NCBI GenBank assembly: GCA_046759765.1 | Contig: JBHICV010000008.1 | Location: forward strand, 1 to 36,270 | Length of the DNA: 36,270 nucleotides | Reading direction: 5' to 3' | Origin: Acidimicrobiia bacterium | GTDB lineage: Bacteria; Actinomycetota; Acidimicrobiia; Spongiisociales; CAZKJJ01 | Shown: one piece after another, positions 25,780 to 34,684 of the stretch | Layout: each line of letters begins with the position of its first letter | Position numbering within the stretch: the stretch's first letter is position 1 | Program-made: the position numbers and the translations under genes | The notes under the pieces: model-generated | What the model was told of the DNA's origin: nothing | The model's input: only the letters and a program-made list of their open reading frames with translations | Database searches by the model: none

Positions 25780-25826
25780 TTCCTGTCAATACACGCGTCG
25801 GAAACCGACGCGGCGATTGACAGGAA
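25780..25826. repeat. REP-like palindromic element, copy 4 (best preserved)
   Basis: Perfect 11-bp inverted arms TTCCTGTCAAT/ATTGACAGGAA with inner stem CGCGTCGG-AAA-CCGACGCG. Confidence 0.85.
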
Positions 25827-25829
25827 ACC

Positions 25830-27275
25830 TCAGGACGCCTCTTCTATCTCGACATCCCCCTTTCGTGCTGCTTCGAGCAGCTCCTCGAACGAGGAGCGGA
25901 TGCTCTCTACGAACACATCGATGTCGGGTACGAGATCCCAATCGGCATTGATGCCCCAGTCGAGGCTGCCGGCATAGCTGAAGAGGGCAACAGAGATACC
26001 GTGGCTGTGCCATAGCCCGACGAAGGGATACTGAACCTCCAGCTCGGACTCCATCAGATAGAGCGGGAACTGGGGTCCGGGGACATTGGTGACTGTCATA
26101 TTGAAGGGACGGGCGCCCGTGGCGAGCCGGGCTGCCAGAGACACCAGGGTGGCAGGTGCTCCCGAGCTCATCTTGATGATCGTTGACGCACCCAGGGCCT
26201 GGTTGGTCTTCTTCAGGTTGAGCGTCTCTTTCTTGATCGCCTCCAGCTGCGCGGTCGGGTCACGCTCGGAAAGCGGCATCCCCACCAGCCACATAGCCAC
26301 CTGGTTGCCCATGGCTCCCTGCTGGCCCTTGGTCCGTACCGAGACCGGGGCCATGACCCTGTAGTCGAGACCGTCGACCTCAAAGCCTCGATGTTCCCTG
26401 AGAAAGTAGCGGATTGCACCGGCCACGATCGCCAGGACGACGTCGTTGACTGTTCCACCGAGTCGGTTCTTTATCTCTTTCACATCGGCTAGCGGCAGAC
26501 GAAGCCAGGCCAGTCGTCGGTTCGGCCCGATGTCGCGGTTGATCGGAGTGCGAGATGCTTGTCTGAGCCAGCCAGATCCCAAGCTTTTACGGGCTGCTCG
26601 GAGTCGGGTGGTGGTTTCAGACATCCGCTCGGTAGGCCCACTGGGAAGGGAACCGGCGTTCCTCACCGCATCGACGAACCGGCGCATTCGCCGTCCAGTC
26701 TCGGCTCCGAGCAGCTGGCCGGGGCTCGGGGCCGGGCGCGGCTCCCACGGCTCGGGTGATTCGATCACGTCGCTGGGGCTGAAACCGAAGGCCACCGCCA
26801 TCAGCTCGACGCCGGCGATGCCGTCGATCATGCCATGGTGCACTTTGTTGATCAGGGCAACACGATCGCCTTCGAGACCCTCGATCACCCACAGTTCCCA
26901 GAGTGGCTTCTTTCGATCGAGTTTCTGAGAAACGATCCTGGAGGCGATCCTTCGTAGCTGATGGTCGGATCCCGGCCGGGGCAGGCTCGTGTGCCTGATG
27001 TGATAGTCGAGATCGAAAGTCTCGTCGTCTACCCAGACGGGATGCCGTTCGAAGGGAACCCAGGCGAGACGCTGCCGATAGCGGGGGATGTACTGGAGGC
27101 GAGAGGCGAAGAAGGCACGGATTCGGTCGATGTCCACTCCACCCGCGTCATTCATTAGAGGCTTGGCGTCGAAGATCGCCACGCCGGCTACGTGCATGTG
27201 GGTTGTCTCCGAGTCGAGAGCCAAGAACGAGTTGTCGAGGAACGACAACCGCTCGTAGTGGAAGGTGGGGGCCAC
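25830..27275 (-). CDS. Wax ester synthase/diacylglycerol acyltransferase (WS/DGAT)
   Basis: LSFLDNSFL, MHV, KPLWE, catalytic HHGMIDG (HHxxxDG), TVNDVVLA, TNVPGP, SYAG. Confidence 0.95.
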   Translation of the reverse strand: MAPTFHYERLSFLDNSFLALDSETTHMHVAGVAIFDAKPLMNDAGGVDIDRIRAFFASRLQYIPRYRQRLAWVPFERHPVWVDDETFDLDYHIRHTSLPRPGSDHQLRRIASRIVSQKLDRKKPLWELWVIEGLEGDRVALINKVHHGMIDGIAGVELMAVAFGFSPSDVIESPEPWEPRPAPSPGQLLGAETGRRMRRFVDAVRNAGSLPSGPTERMSETTTRLRAARKSLGSGWLRQASRTPINRDIGPNRRLAWLRLPLADVKEIKNRLGGTVNDVVLAIVAGAIRYFLREHRGFEVDGLDYRVMAPVSVRTKGQQGAMGNQVAMWLVGMPLSERDPTAQLEAIKKETLNLKKTNQALGASTIIKMSSGAPATLVSLAARLATGARPFNMTVTNVPGPQFPLYLMESELEVQYPFVGLWHSHGISVALFSYAGSLDWGINADWDLVPDIDVFVESIRSSFEELLEAARKGDVEIEEAS

Positions 27276-27333
27276 TCCGCGTCCTTGCTGTGAAGCTCTC
27301 AGCCTACGCCGTTGCCAACTACGTGATCCAGGC

Positions 27334-27786
27334 TCAACTAACGAGCCGAATAGTGAGTGGGTACTGATACTCCTCGCCCCGGGAGGCGGCGATGGCAGCG
27401 ATTATCACGAACACCAACCAGGCGATCCCCAGGGCCGCCGCCGCGATCAGTAACAGGATGCCGATTAGGACAATCAACAGGATGATCCCGGCTGCGACCA
27501 GGACGATCTCGTAGATGAAGATGGAGATGTTGAAGTTGAGCGCCTCCTTGGCGTGACGCTCAACGTAAGGATCGTCGTTCCTCTTGACGAGCCAGACGAT
27601 CAGGGGTCCGAGGATGTTGCCCACCGGAACACCGAACAGACCCGACAAGGCCGACAGATGAGCACCTAGCGCCCAGTTTTTGCTCTCGGGCCGCAATTCC
27701 CCCGGTTCTGACTCTGCCGGTGCAGGCGACAGATCCGGAGGAGGGTGGTCCGGCGAAGACTCTTCCGGCTGCTCGTCGTTGTTCAC
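27334..27786 (-). CDS. DUF4870 family membrane protein
   Basis: NWALGAHLS...LGPLIVWL...HAKEALNF...GEEYQYPLTIR; GTG at 27786 after AGGGG chosen as start. Confidence 0.88.
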   Translation of the reverse strand: MNNDEQPEESSPDHPPPDLSPAPAESEPGELRPESKNWALGAHLSALSGLFGVPVGNILGPLIVWLVKRNDDPYVERHAKEALNFNISIFIYEIVLVAAGIILLIVLIGILLLIAAAALGIAWLVFVIIAAIAASRGEEYQYPLTIRLVS

Positions 27787-27851
27787 GCCCCTGAGGCTAG
27801 TGGCCAGGAAAGACACAGGACCGGGTCTATCGGTTCGTATCCTGCCGACTG

Positions 27852-28682
27852 ATGCTCCCGATCCTGGCGGCAGAGGTACGTAGCCAGATCCTGGCCACGG
27901 TTGGGCTGCTCGTCGGCCTTGCCCTTGTATATCTGGTCCTTTTGTTTCTGGGTCGGCGTCTCCTGCGCCGGTTCGAGCGGGATCAGGAGATCGATCATCG
28001 GGAGCGGCGGTACCTGACCATGTGGGGCTTTCTCCGGCGGGTGGCGCTGGTGATCGTTGTCATTCTGGCGATACCGGCGATCTTCAACATCTGGGAGCTC
28101 AATCTGGGACCGCTGATCGCTATTGGCGGAGCAGTCGGTATCGCGTTGGGATTTGGCGCCCAAAACGTCATCAGGGACGTAATCGCCGGCTTCTTGATCC
28201 TGGCCGAGAACCAATATCGGGTGGGCGACGTCGTTGCGATCCAGGGTGTCTCCGGAACCGTGGAGGACATCCAGGTACGGCTGACGGTGCTCCGCGACCT
28301 GGATGGCAATGTTCATTACGTCCCCAACGGGCTGATCGAGGTGGCCTCGAACCTGTCGCAGGAGTTCGGGCAGGCCGTAATCGACCTAGGCGTGGACTAC
28401 GAAGCTGACGTCGACCGTGCCCTACAGGTGGTGCGGGACGAACTCGACCGGTTTGCGGCGGATTCCGATTGGGCCTCCAAGATTCTGGAGCCGCCGAAAG
28501 TAATGGGTGTACAGGAGCTCGGAGATTCAGCGGTGATCATCCGAAGTGTGGTGAAGGTTCATGCCGAGGCGAGGCAGCCGACTCGCAGAGAGCTTCTGCG
28601 TCGCCTGAAAAAGCGAATGGACGCAGAGGGAATCGCGATTCCGTATCCGACTCAAACTCTCTACCTGGCTGGGGACTCCTAA
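27852..28682 (+). CDS. mscS: Small-conductance mechanosensitive channel (MscS family)
   Basis: GIALGFGAQNVIRDVIAG, QYRVGD, GTVEDI, VHYVPNG, GIAIPYP. Confidence 0.93.
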   Translation: MLPILAAEVRSQILATVGLLVGLALVYLVLLFLGRRLLRRFERDQEIDHRERRYLTMWGFLRRVALVIVVILAIPAIFNIWELNLGPLIAIGGAVGIALGFGAQNVIRDVIAGFLILAENQYRVGDVVAIQGVSGTVEDIQVRLTVLRDLDGNVHYVPNGLIEVASNLSQEFGQAVIDLGVDYEADVDRALQVVRDELDRFAADSDWASKILEPPKVMGVQELGDSAVIIRSVVKVHAEARQPTRRELLRRLKKRMDAEGIAIPYPTQTLYLAGDS

Positions 28683-28954
28683 CGCCGCGACCGGCTGTAC
28701 GCCCCGCTGAAGTAAGAACTCAGATCGGCCAAGAAACCGAACACGACGAAGAACCACCCGATGCCCGAAACCCCGACGACGGGCGCGTACGCAACGACGT
28801 AGAAGAGGGTGGTCCAGGGGAGGAATACCAGCCCGAGCAAAGGCAGCAGGAAGCCGTCGAACGCACGATCAACACGCTCCGTGAAGATCCAGATGATGAC
28901 TATCGCCAGACGAGGGCTGAACAGCGCGACGAGTGCTACCAAGCATCCGCACAT
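28679..28954 (-). CDS. Small hypothetical membrane protein
   Basis: GGAGGTG RBS; three hydrophobic segments with PRLA and FLPWTTL motifs. Confidence 0.8.
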   Translation of the reverse strand: MCGCLVALVALFSPRLAIVIIWIFTERVDRAFDGFLLPLLGLVFLPWTTLFYVVAYAPVVGVSGIGWFFVVFGFLADLSSYFSGAYSRSRR

Positions 28955-29058
28955 GCGGAGGTCACCTCCCGAACCGGCGACGGCACTCTAATGAAGCAGC
29001 GGAGGCTTATGTTCTCGGAAGCTCGCATACAATCGGACCTCCCGTCCGATGAGGGTCG

Positions 29059-29481
29059 ATGAACCGAGCGGAGACGATTGCGCTTCTGAAGAATGTGGCC
29101 CTGTTTGAGACGCTCAGCCAGAAGGACCTCAACGAAGTGGCCAAGCGGACGGAGGAGGTGGATGTTCCCGCCGGCACGGTGCTCACCCAGGAGGGACGGG
29201 TCGGAGAGCAAGCATTCGTGATCGTCGACGGGAGCGCCTCAGTTCGAAGGAATTACCGGCAGGTCGCCAAGCTCTCCTCGGGAGATGTTCTCGGCGAGAT
29301 GTCGCTCGTAGAGGGCGTACCCCAGAGCATCACCGTGCAGACGCTGGAGGACTCCCGCCTGTTGATGATCAATCGGGCGGACTTTCGTTACTTGCTCGAG
29401 AACGTGCAGGGTTTTGCCATCAAGCTGCTGGTAAGCATGTCGAGAAGGCTGCGGGAGGCGACGGTCAGACTGGTTAGCTGA
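29059..29481 (+). CDS. Stand-alone cyclic nucleotide-binding domain protein
   Basis: LKNVALF, GTVLTQEG, FVIVDG, GDVLGEMSL, SRRLR; no HTH. Confidence 0.88.
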   Translation: MNRAETIALLKNVALFETLSQKDLNEVAKRTEEVDVPAGTVLTQEGRVGEQAFVIVDGSASVRRNYRQVAKLSSGDVLGEMSLVEGVPQSITVQTLEDSRLLMINRADFRYLLENVQGFAIKLLVSMSRRLREATVRLVS

Positions 29482-29767
29482 TAGTCGGCTGCTTGGCGAA
29501 CCCTCGCTCGTCTATGTAGCACCAAATCCATTCCTCGCCCGGTTGGAACGATTTAACGATCGGGTGGCCTTCCTGTCCGGCGTGCCATCGCCCGTGCTTG
29601 TTCTTGGACTGGTCGCAGCAACCGACGTGGCCACAGGTCAGGCAAAGGCGGAGATGAACCCAGGTGTCACCCATCTCGAGGCACTCTTTGCACCCTTCTC
29701 CACTCGGTGTTACTTCCCGGATTTGGTCCAGATGCGTGCACTTGCGTTGGCGGAAGGCGGTGCTCAT
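29474..29767 (-). CDS. UBP-type zinc finger protein
   Basis: CTH...GCKECL...WVHLRLCLTCGHVGCCD...HGRWH...HPI...WCY. Confidence 0.92.
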   Translation of the reverse strand: MSTAFRQRKCTHLDQIREVTPSGEGCKECLEMGDTWVHLRLCLTCGHVGCCDQSKNKHGRWHAGQEGHPIVKSFQPGEEWIWCYIDERGFAKQPTIS

Positions 29768-29865
29768 CGGGCCACTCTAAGCCGTGCAGATGCGGCCGTG
29801 TGCTCCATGCCGCGGCCACACGTCGACGGATGTGTAGGTTCTGAGCGTCTGACTTAGGAGCTTCG

Positions 29866-30801
29866 TTGATCAAACGTCTCGGACTCGTCGCAGGGATCCT
29901 GGCGCTGGTGCTCGTCGTGCCCACGGCGGCGCTCGCGCAGTCGGGAGAGGAGGACGAGGGCGTCCTCATTCGCATCGGTGGCGACGCGGTGCTTGGTTCT
30001 GGGGAGGAGACCGGACTGGCCCTCGTAATTCGGGGCGATCTCACTGTTGAGGGAACGTCCGAAACCGTCGTAGTTGTAAACGGCACGGCCTCCCTCGAGG
30101 GTGCGACGGTCGAGACCTTGGTCGTGGTGAGTGGGGAAGCCGTGCTTGGGGATGGGACGGTAGTCACGGGAGACGTCTGGCTGGCTGATTCCTCACTTAC
30201 CCGTTTGGGCACGTCAGAGGTCCAGGGCGTCATCAGACGTGACTTCCAGAGCGGTCTGCTGATCGGTCTCTGGATCCTGGGGATCATCATCGGGATCGGC
30301 CTGGGCGTGCTGGCGATCCTTGGGGGCATGGCCTTCGCCGCCGTGGGCGCAGAGACGGCTCGAAGGGCAGGACGAGCGATCAGAGAGAGCTTCGGCCAGG
30401 TGGTCATCGCTGGTCTTGTGTTCTGGATTGCCCTTCCCATTGTGGGCGGGTTCCTCTTTGTCACCGTCATCGGTATCCCGACCGCCCTGGCGATCTGGTT
30501 CGTGGTTCTCCCCGTGGTTGGGTTCCTCGGCTACCTCGTGACCGGGATTTGGATCGGCAAGCTGATCCTCTCGCGGGAAGATGACCGCGGTAAGCCATAT
30601 CTGGCTGCGTTCCTTGGCATCGTGATCCTGGTTGTGGCGGGGATCATTCCCGGACTTGGGGGTCTGATAGGCACACTGGCGGGGCTGCTGGGTGGCAGCG
30701 CGCTCGCCCTCCTGATGTGGAACTCGTTCCGCAAGCCAACGGGTGAGACCTACGAGCCCGAAACAGGGTCTGCCGAGGAAGCACCGCCGTCGACGGACTA
30801 G
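29866..30801 (+). CDS. Membrane protein with signal peptide, bactofilin-like beta-repeat region and multi-TM C-terminus
   Basis: AGGAG RBS; signal peptide ending ALA-Q; repeated (V/I)xGx(L/A)x(V/L) units; several C-terminal TM helices. Confidence 0.75.
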   Translation: MIKRLGLVAGILALVLVVPTAALAQSGEEDEGVLIRIGGDAVLGSGEETGLALVIRGDLTVEGTSETVVVVNGTASLEGATVETLVVVSGEAVLGDGTVVTGDVWLADSSLTRLGTSEVQGVIRRDFQSGLLIGLWILGIIIGIGLGVLAILGGMAFAAVGAETARRAGRAIRESFGQVVIAGLVFWIALPIVGGFLFVTVIGIPTALAIWFVVLPVVGFLGYLVTGIWIGKLILSREDDRGKPYLAAFLGIVILVVAGIIPGLGGLIGTLAGLLGGSALALLMWNSFRKPTGETYEPETGSAEEAPPSTD

Positions 30802-30848
30802 ATGAGACGACTCGCCTCCTGCAAAACTCGCCGCACGACCTGAACGAG

Positions 30849-31280
30849 GTGCTCATGACGATGGTGGAAGGGCTGGGCGGGGTGTTCATCGACAGCCACG
30901 ATGCCCGCGCCCTCGCGGACTGGTATCGGCAACATCTGGAGATCGACTTCCAGGAGCACCCCGAGGGCGGCTCGTTCTTCGTAGTCTTTCACAGTCGTGA
31001 CGCAACGACCGGCGAGATTCGCCAGAACCCCGTGTTCGCCATAAACCAGTCCAAGTCCGACCTCGCCGAACCAGCACATCGAGGACTTGTGGTCAATCTT
31101 CGGGTCGGTGACCTAGACCGTGCGATGCAGCGGCTTACAGCATCCGGCGTGGAGGTCGAGGACCGGAGAATTACGTGGGAAGGCGGAAAGCACGGTTGGA
31201 TCCGGGACCTGGACGGCAACAAGGTGGAGCTATACGAAGAGCTCACCCTGCCGCCCGATTCCCAATACCGCGCGGGCTAG
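30849..31280 (+). CDS. VOC/glyoxalase family protein
   Basis: GLGGVFI...LADWYRQHL...VNLRVGDLD...GWIRDLDGNKVELYE. Confidence 0.88.
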   Translation: MLMTMVEGLGGVFIDSHDARALADWYRQHLEIDFQEHPEGGSFFVVFHSRDATTGEIRQNPVFAINQSKSDLAEPAHRGLVVNLRVGDLDRAMQRLTASGVEVEDRRITWEGGKHGWIRDLDGNKVELYEELTLPPDSQYRAG

Positions 31281-31283
31281 CCG

Positions 31284-32615
31284 CTAGTTGACCGCAAAGA
31301 CCTCCCATTGGTCAGGAATGCCTTTGAGCGTATGCGTGCCGCGCGGAGCGAACTCGAACCCCGCCCCTGCCACGAGATCTTTGACGGTTCTCGACACGAG
31401 CACCTCACCCGGCCCCGCCATCGCTGAGATTCTGGCCCCGATATGCACGGCCAGGCCGGCAACATCGTCCCCGACTATCTCCATCTCGCCGGTGTGCAGA
31501 CCACACCGAACTTCGATCCCCAGTGGCTGAACCGCGGTCGAGATCGCCTGCGCGCAGCGAATGGCGCGAGCTGGACCGTCGAAGGTGGCTAAGAAGCCGT
31601 CCCCGGCAGTCTCGACCTCGGCGCCTCTCCACCTGCCGAGCTCTGCTCTGACCATCGCGTTGTGCCGCTCGAGGACGTTGCGCCACTTCTGGTCACCTAA
31701 GCCGGCCGCCATCTCTGTAGAGCTCACGATGTCGGTGAACAAGGCTGTGGCGAGGATCCTCTCCGGCTCCGCGGCCGTGCGGTATCCGGTGACAAACTCC
31801 TCGATCTCCTGAAGCATCGGTTCGGAGTCGCCGGCCCAGAAGTAGTGGTCGCGCCCCTCAAGCTCCACCAAGTGGGCGTCGGGGATCTTGGAAGCGATGT
31901 AGCGGCCCTCCTCGATCTTCACGTCCTCGTCCTCCTTCCGATACAACAGCAGTGCGGGCACGCGGATGGCAGGGAGCACAGTGGTCACGTCGATGTAGGA
32001 GTTCATCAATAAGAGCGACGCTGCTGCCTTGGGGCTGGCCGACAGTCGCAGCCAGCGCTCTGCCCAAGCCCTAAATGCTGCATCGTCGGCTCTGCTCGGC
32101 GCGTAATACTCGACGATTGCGTTGGACGGCTCGCGGAAGATTCGCTCGGTCTCCTCGACGTCCTTCATACGCTCTTCCCAGGTCGGCGCCCAGGGGTAAT
32201 CGTCGGAGCGGATCCGCTTGGCGTAGCACGCGATGAGTACTAGGCCCTCGGTGCGCTCCGGGTAGGTTCCGCCGAACAGCACGCACATGTTTCCACCCTC
32301 CGAGTGACCCATTAGCGTGGCCTTGTCGGATCCGACAGCGTCCATGACCGCCCGCAGGTCGTCCATCCGTACCTCGAGCGGCGGCAGCTCCTCGGGGGGG
32401 ACAGAATCAGACAGGCCGGTGCCGCGTTTGTCAAAGATGATCAGCCGGGAAAACGAGGCCAACCGGCGTAGAAAGCCGGCGAAGCCGGGGTCTTCCCACA
32501 TGACCTCGATGTTGGAGACCCAGCCAGGAACGTAGACGAGGTCACGAGGCCCGTCGCCGACCACCTGATAGGCGATGTTCACATCGCCACTCTTGGCGTA
32601 ACTCGTAGATGGCAC
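31284..32615 (-). CDS. Alpha/beta hydrolase-class III adenylate cyclase fusion (LipJ/Rv1900c-like)
   Basis: FDKRGTGLSD, GHSEGG nucleophile elbow, EGRDH; cyclase LFTDIVSST, TAGDGF, GLHTGE, AVHIGARI. Start set at GTG 32615; the frame stays open to ATG 32747. Confidence 0.9.
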   Translation of the reverse strand: MPSTSYAKSGDVNIAYQVVGDGPRDLVYVPGWVSNIEVMWEDPGFAGFLRRLASFSRLIIFDKRGTGLSDSVPPEELPPLEVRMDDLRAVMDAVGSDKATLMGHSEGGNMCVLFGGTYPERTEGLVLIACYAKRIRSDDYPWAPTWEERMKDVEETERIFREPSNAIVEYYAPSRADDAAFRAWAERWLRLSASPKAAASLLLMNSYIDVTTVLPAIRVPALLLYRKEDEDVKIEEGRYIASKIPDAHLVELEGRDHYFWAGDSEPMLQEIEEFVTGYRTAAEPERILATALFTDIVSSTEMAAGLGDQKWRNVLERHNAMVRAELGRWRGAEVETAGDGFLATFDGPARAIRCAQAISTAVQPLGIEVRCGLHTGEMEIVGDDVAGLAVHIGARISAMAGPGEVLVSRTVKDLVAGAGFEFAPRGTHTLKGIPDQWEVFAVN

Positions 32616-32747
32616 GACCGTGGATCGTAACGACGCGTCTCTCGACGCGGCGCCTGTAAGGGCGAGCAGATCGATCGGAGCCTCACCCAAGACGTGGTAA
32701 TAGATCCTCTGGTCTCCGAGACGGGCGTATCCCGTGGTGGGCTCCAT
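32616..32747 (-). pseudogene. In-frame remnant of the N-terminus of a second LipJ-like hydrolase
   Basis: MEPTTGYARLGDQRIYYHVLGEAPIDLLALTG aligns without gaps to VPSTSYAKSGDVNIAYQVVGDGPRDLVYVPG immediately downstream. Confidence 0.6.
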
Positions 32748-32827
32748 GAGCTCTCAGCTCGTTTGGCGGCCTCGCCGGGTCCTCCCGTCCGCAGACATAG
32801 ACTCGCGGTTCCGGAGAGGACCGGATC

Positions 32828-33772
32828 GTGAGTGATGCCATCCTGAGTGTGGTCGGCCTCCGCAAGTCGTACGGCGACGTGCTGGCGCTAGACGGCGTCG
32901 ACCTCGATCTGCACCGCGGCGAGGTAATCGGCTTGCTGGGTCCCAATGGCGCCGGCAAGACGACGCTCGTGTCGATCATCTGCGGCTTGCGCCGCGCTGA
33001 TGCCGGGTCAGTAACCGTAAACGGCGTCGATGCCCTTGCCCATCCCCAGCAGGCCCGCACGTACATCGGTCTCGCTCCGCAGGATTTGGGCATCTATCCG
33101 GTCGTAACCGCACGTCGGAATCTCGAGCTGTTCGGGGAGCTGGCCGGACTCGCCAAACCGACGTTAGGCGACCAGGTCGACCTGGTGGCTGAAGCGCTCT
33201 ATCTCGATGATCTGCTCGATCGGAAGGCGGGTGAGCTCTCGGGCGGCCAGAAGCGACGGCTGCACACAGCCATCGCCTTGCTCAACAACCCGCCCTTGGT
33301 CCTCCTCGACGAATCGACCACCGGGGCCGACGTCGAGACCCGTCAGGCGCTGATAGATCTGGTGAAGGACCTAGCTCGTCGCGGGTCCGCGGTGCTCTAC
33401 TCGACCCATTACCTCCAAGAGGTCGAAGCTCTCGACGCATCGGTGGTGATCATCGAGCACGGCCGAGTGATCGCGGAGGGAACAGTGGACGCTCTCATTT
33501 CTTCCAACGGAGGAGCGGTCGTCGAACTGACTTTCGACGGATCGCCGCCCACAGAAATCGGGACCTACGAGGTCACCGTTGACGGCTCTGCGGCAAGGGT
33601 TGTCTCGGACCACGCCGGCAGATCGATGCCGGACATCATGGCCTCGCTCGGCCCGGACGCGTCCCGCCTCACCGGCGTCGAGATCATCCGCCCCAGCTTG
33701 GAGACCGTATACCTCGGGCTAACCGGCCACCGATACGAGCCGGGAGAGGATCTCGATGTCGTGGCGTCGTAG
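32828..33772 (+). CDS. ABC-2 type exporter ATP-binding protein
   Basis: GPNGAGKTT, LSGGQKRR, LLDESTTG, YSTH, SLETVYL. Confidence 0.93.
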   Translation: MSDAILSVVGLRKSYGDVLALDGVDLDLHRGEVIGLLGPNGAGKTTLVSIICGLRRADAGSVTVNGVDALAHPQQARTYIGLAPQDLGIYPVVTARRNLELFGELAGLAKPTLGDQVDLVAEALYLDDLLDRKAGELSGGQKRRLHTAIALLNNPPLVLLDESTTGADVETRQALIDLVKDLARRGSAVLYSTHYLQEVEALDASVVIIEHGRVIAEGTVDALISSNGGAVVELTFDGSPPTEIGTYEVTVDGSAARVVSDHAGRSMPDIMASLGPDASRLTGVEIIRPSLETVYLGLTGHRYEPGEDLDVVAS

Positions 33773-34529
33773 CTCGGCGCTGATCAGCCACGAGCTGAGG
33801 GTCATGTTCGCTGACCCGGGAACCCTCCTGTTTCTCGTGCTGATGCCGTTCTTGATGATGTGGGTCATGAAACCCTTGTTCCAGCTCTCGCTCCAGGCGG
33901 AGGGCTTCGTCGGCGCCTCCGGTGCCGAACAAGCAGTGCCCGGCATCGCCGCTATGTTCGCCACATTCTCTGCCAGCTTTGCCGGGTTCACTTTCTTCCG
34001 TGAGCATGGCTGGAACACGTGGGAGCGGCTGCGCGCCAGCCGGGCCAGCACGGCCGACATCATGGTGGGGAAGATGTTCCCGACTCTGCTGGTCGCCGTG
34101 CTCCAGATGTTGGTGCTCTTTGTCCTCGGCGCCTTGATGCTGGATCTGACGATTGCTGGCTCAATCACGGGGCTGGCAGCACTGGTGGTCGTCTTCTCGA
34201 TCGCCATGTTGGCGTTCGGTATGGCAATCACAGCCATCAGCCGAACGTCACAGCAGCTCAACTCGTTCGTCAACGTCGGCGGGATCCTGTTTGCCGCGAT
34301 CGGAGGAGCGCTGGTCCCAATCTCCGTGCTGCCCGGCTGGGTGCAAAGCATCGCCGTCATCATTCCCACTTACTGGGCGATGAACGGGTTCCGCGACGTG
34401 ATCCTCGAAGGGGCGGGCGTCTTCGACGTAGTCGGGCCAGTCGTAGTCCTCATCCTCTTCGCGGCTGCGTTCACGCTGATCGCTGCGCTGAGGTTCAGGG
34501 TCGAGGAGAGCAAGATCTACTACGGCTGA
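33756..34529 (+). CDS. ABC-2 type exporter permease
   Basis: About six TM helices; REHGWNTWERL, GGALVP, IPTYWAMNG. Confidence 0.92.
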   Translation: MSWRRSSALISHELRVMFADPGTLLFLVLMPFLMMWVMKPLFQLSLQAEGFVGASGAEQAVPGIAAMFATFSASFAGFTFFREHGWNTWERLRASRASTADIMVGKMFPTLLVAVLQMLVLFVLGALMLDLTIAGSITGLAALVVVFSIAMLAFGMAITAISRTSQQLNSFVNVGGILFAAIGGALVPISVLPGWVQSIAVIIPTYWAMNGFRDVILEGAGVFDVVGPVVVLILFAAAFTLIAALRFRVEESKIYYG

Positions 34530-34580
34530 GCAGAGAACCCAGAGTCGATCCTATTCAGTGCTTCTGACCAGGCGTTTCCT

Positions 34581-34626
34581 TGCGGCCTCGGCAGGAATCG
34601 AACCTGCGACAAGGTTAGGAAACCGG
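34581..34626 (-). pseudogene. Degenerate 3' fragment of tRNA-Arg(CCT), possible att-site scar
   Basis: Minus strand: ccggt-TTCCTAA-cc-ttgtc-GCAGG-TTCGATT-CCTGC-CGAGGCC-GCA. Intact T-arm and acceptor 3' strand, CCT anticodon loop, broken anticodon stem, no D-arm or 5' acceptor strand upstream. Confidence 0.75.
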
Positions 34627-34684
34627 TTGGGGGCGGGCTCGTTGTCGCCATTTGGACGCGTGTTGGGGTTTCGGGCTGAATAGC

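Noticed and set aside
34581..34680. Functional tRNA gene
   Set aside because: No D-arm or 5' acceptor strand, and the anticodon stem cannot close.
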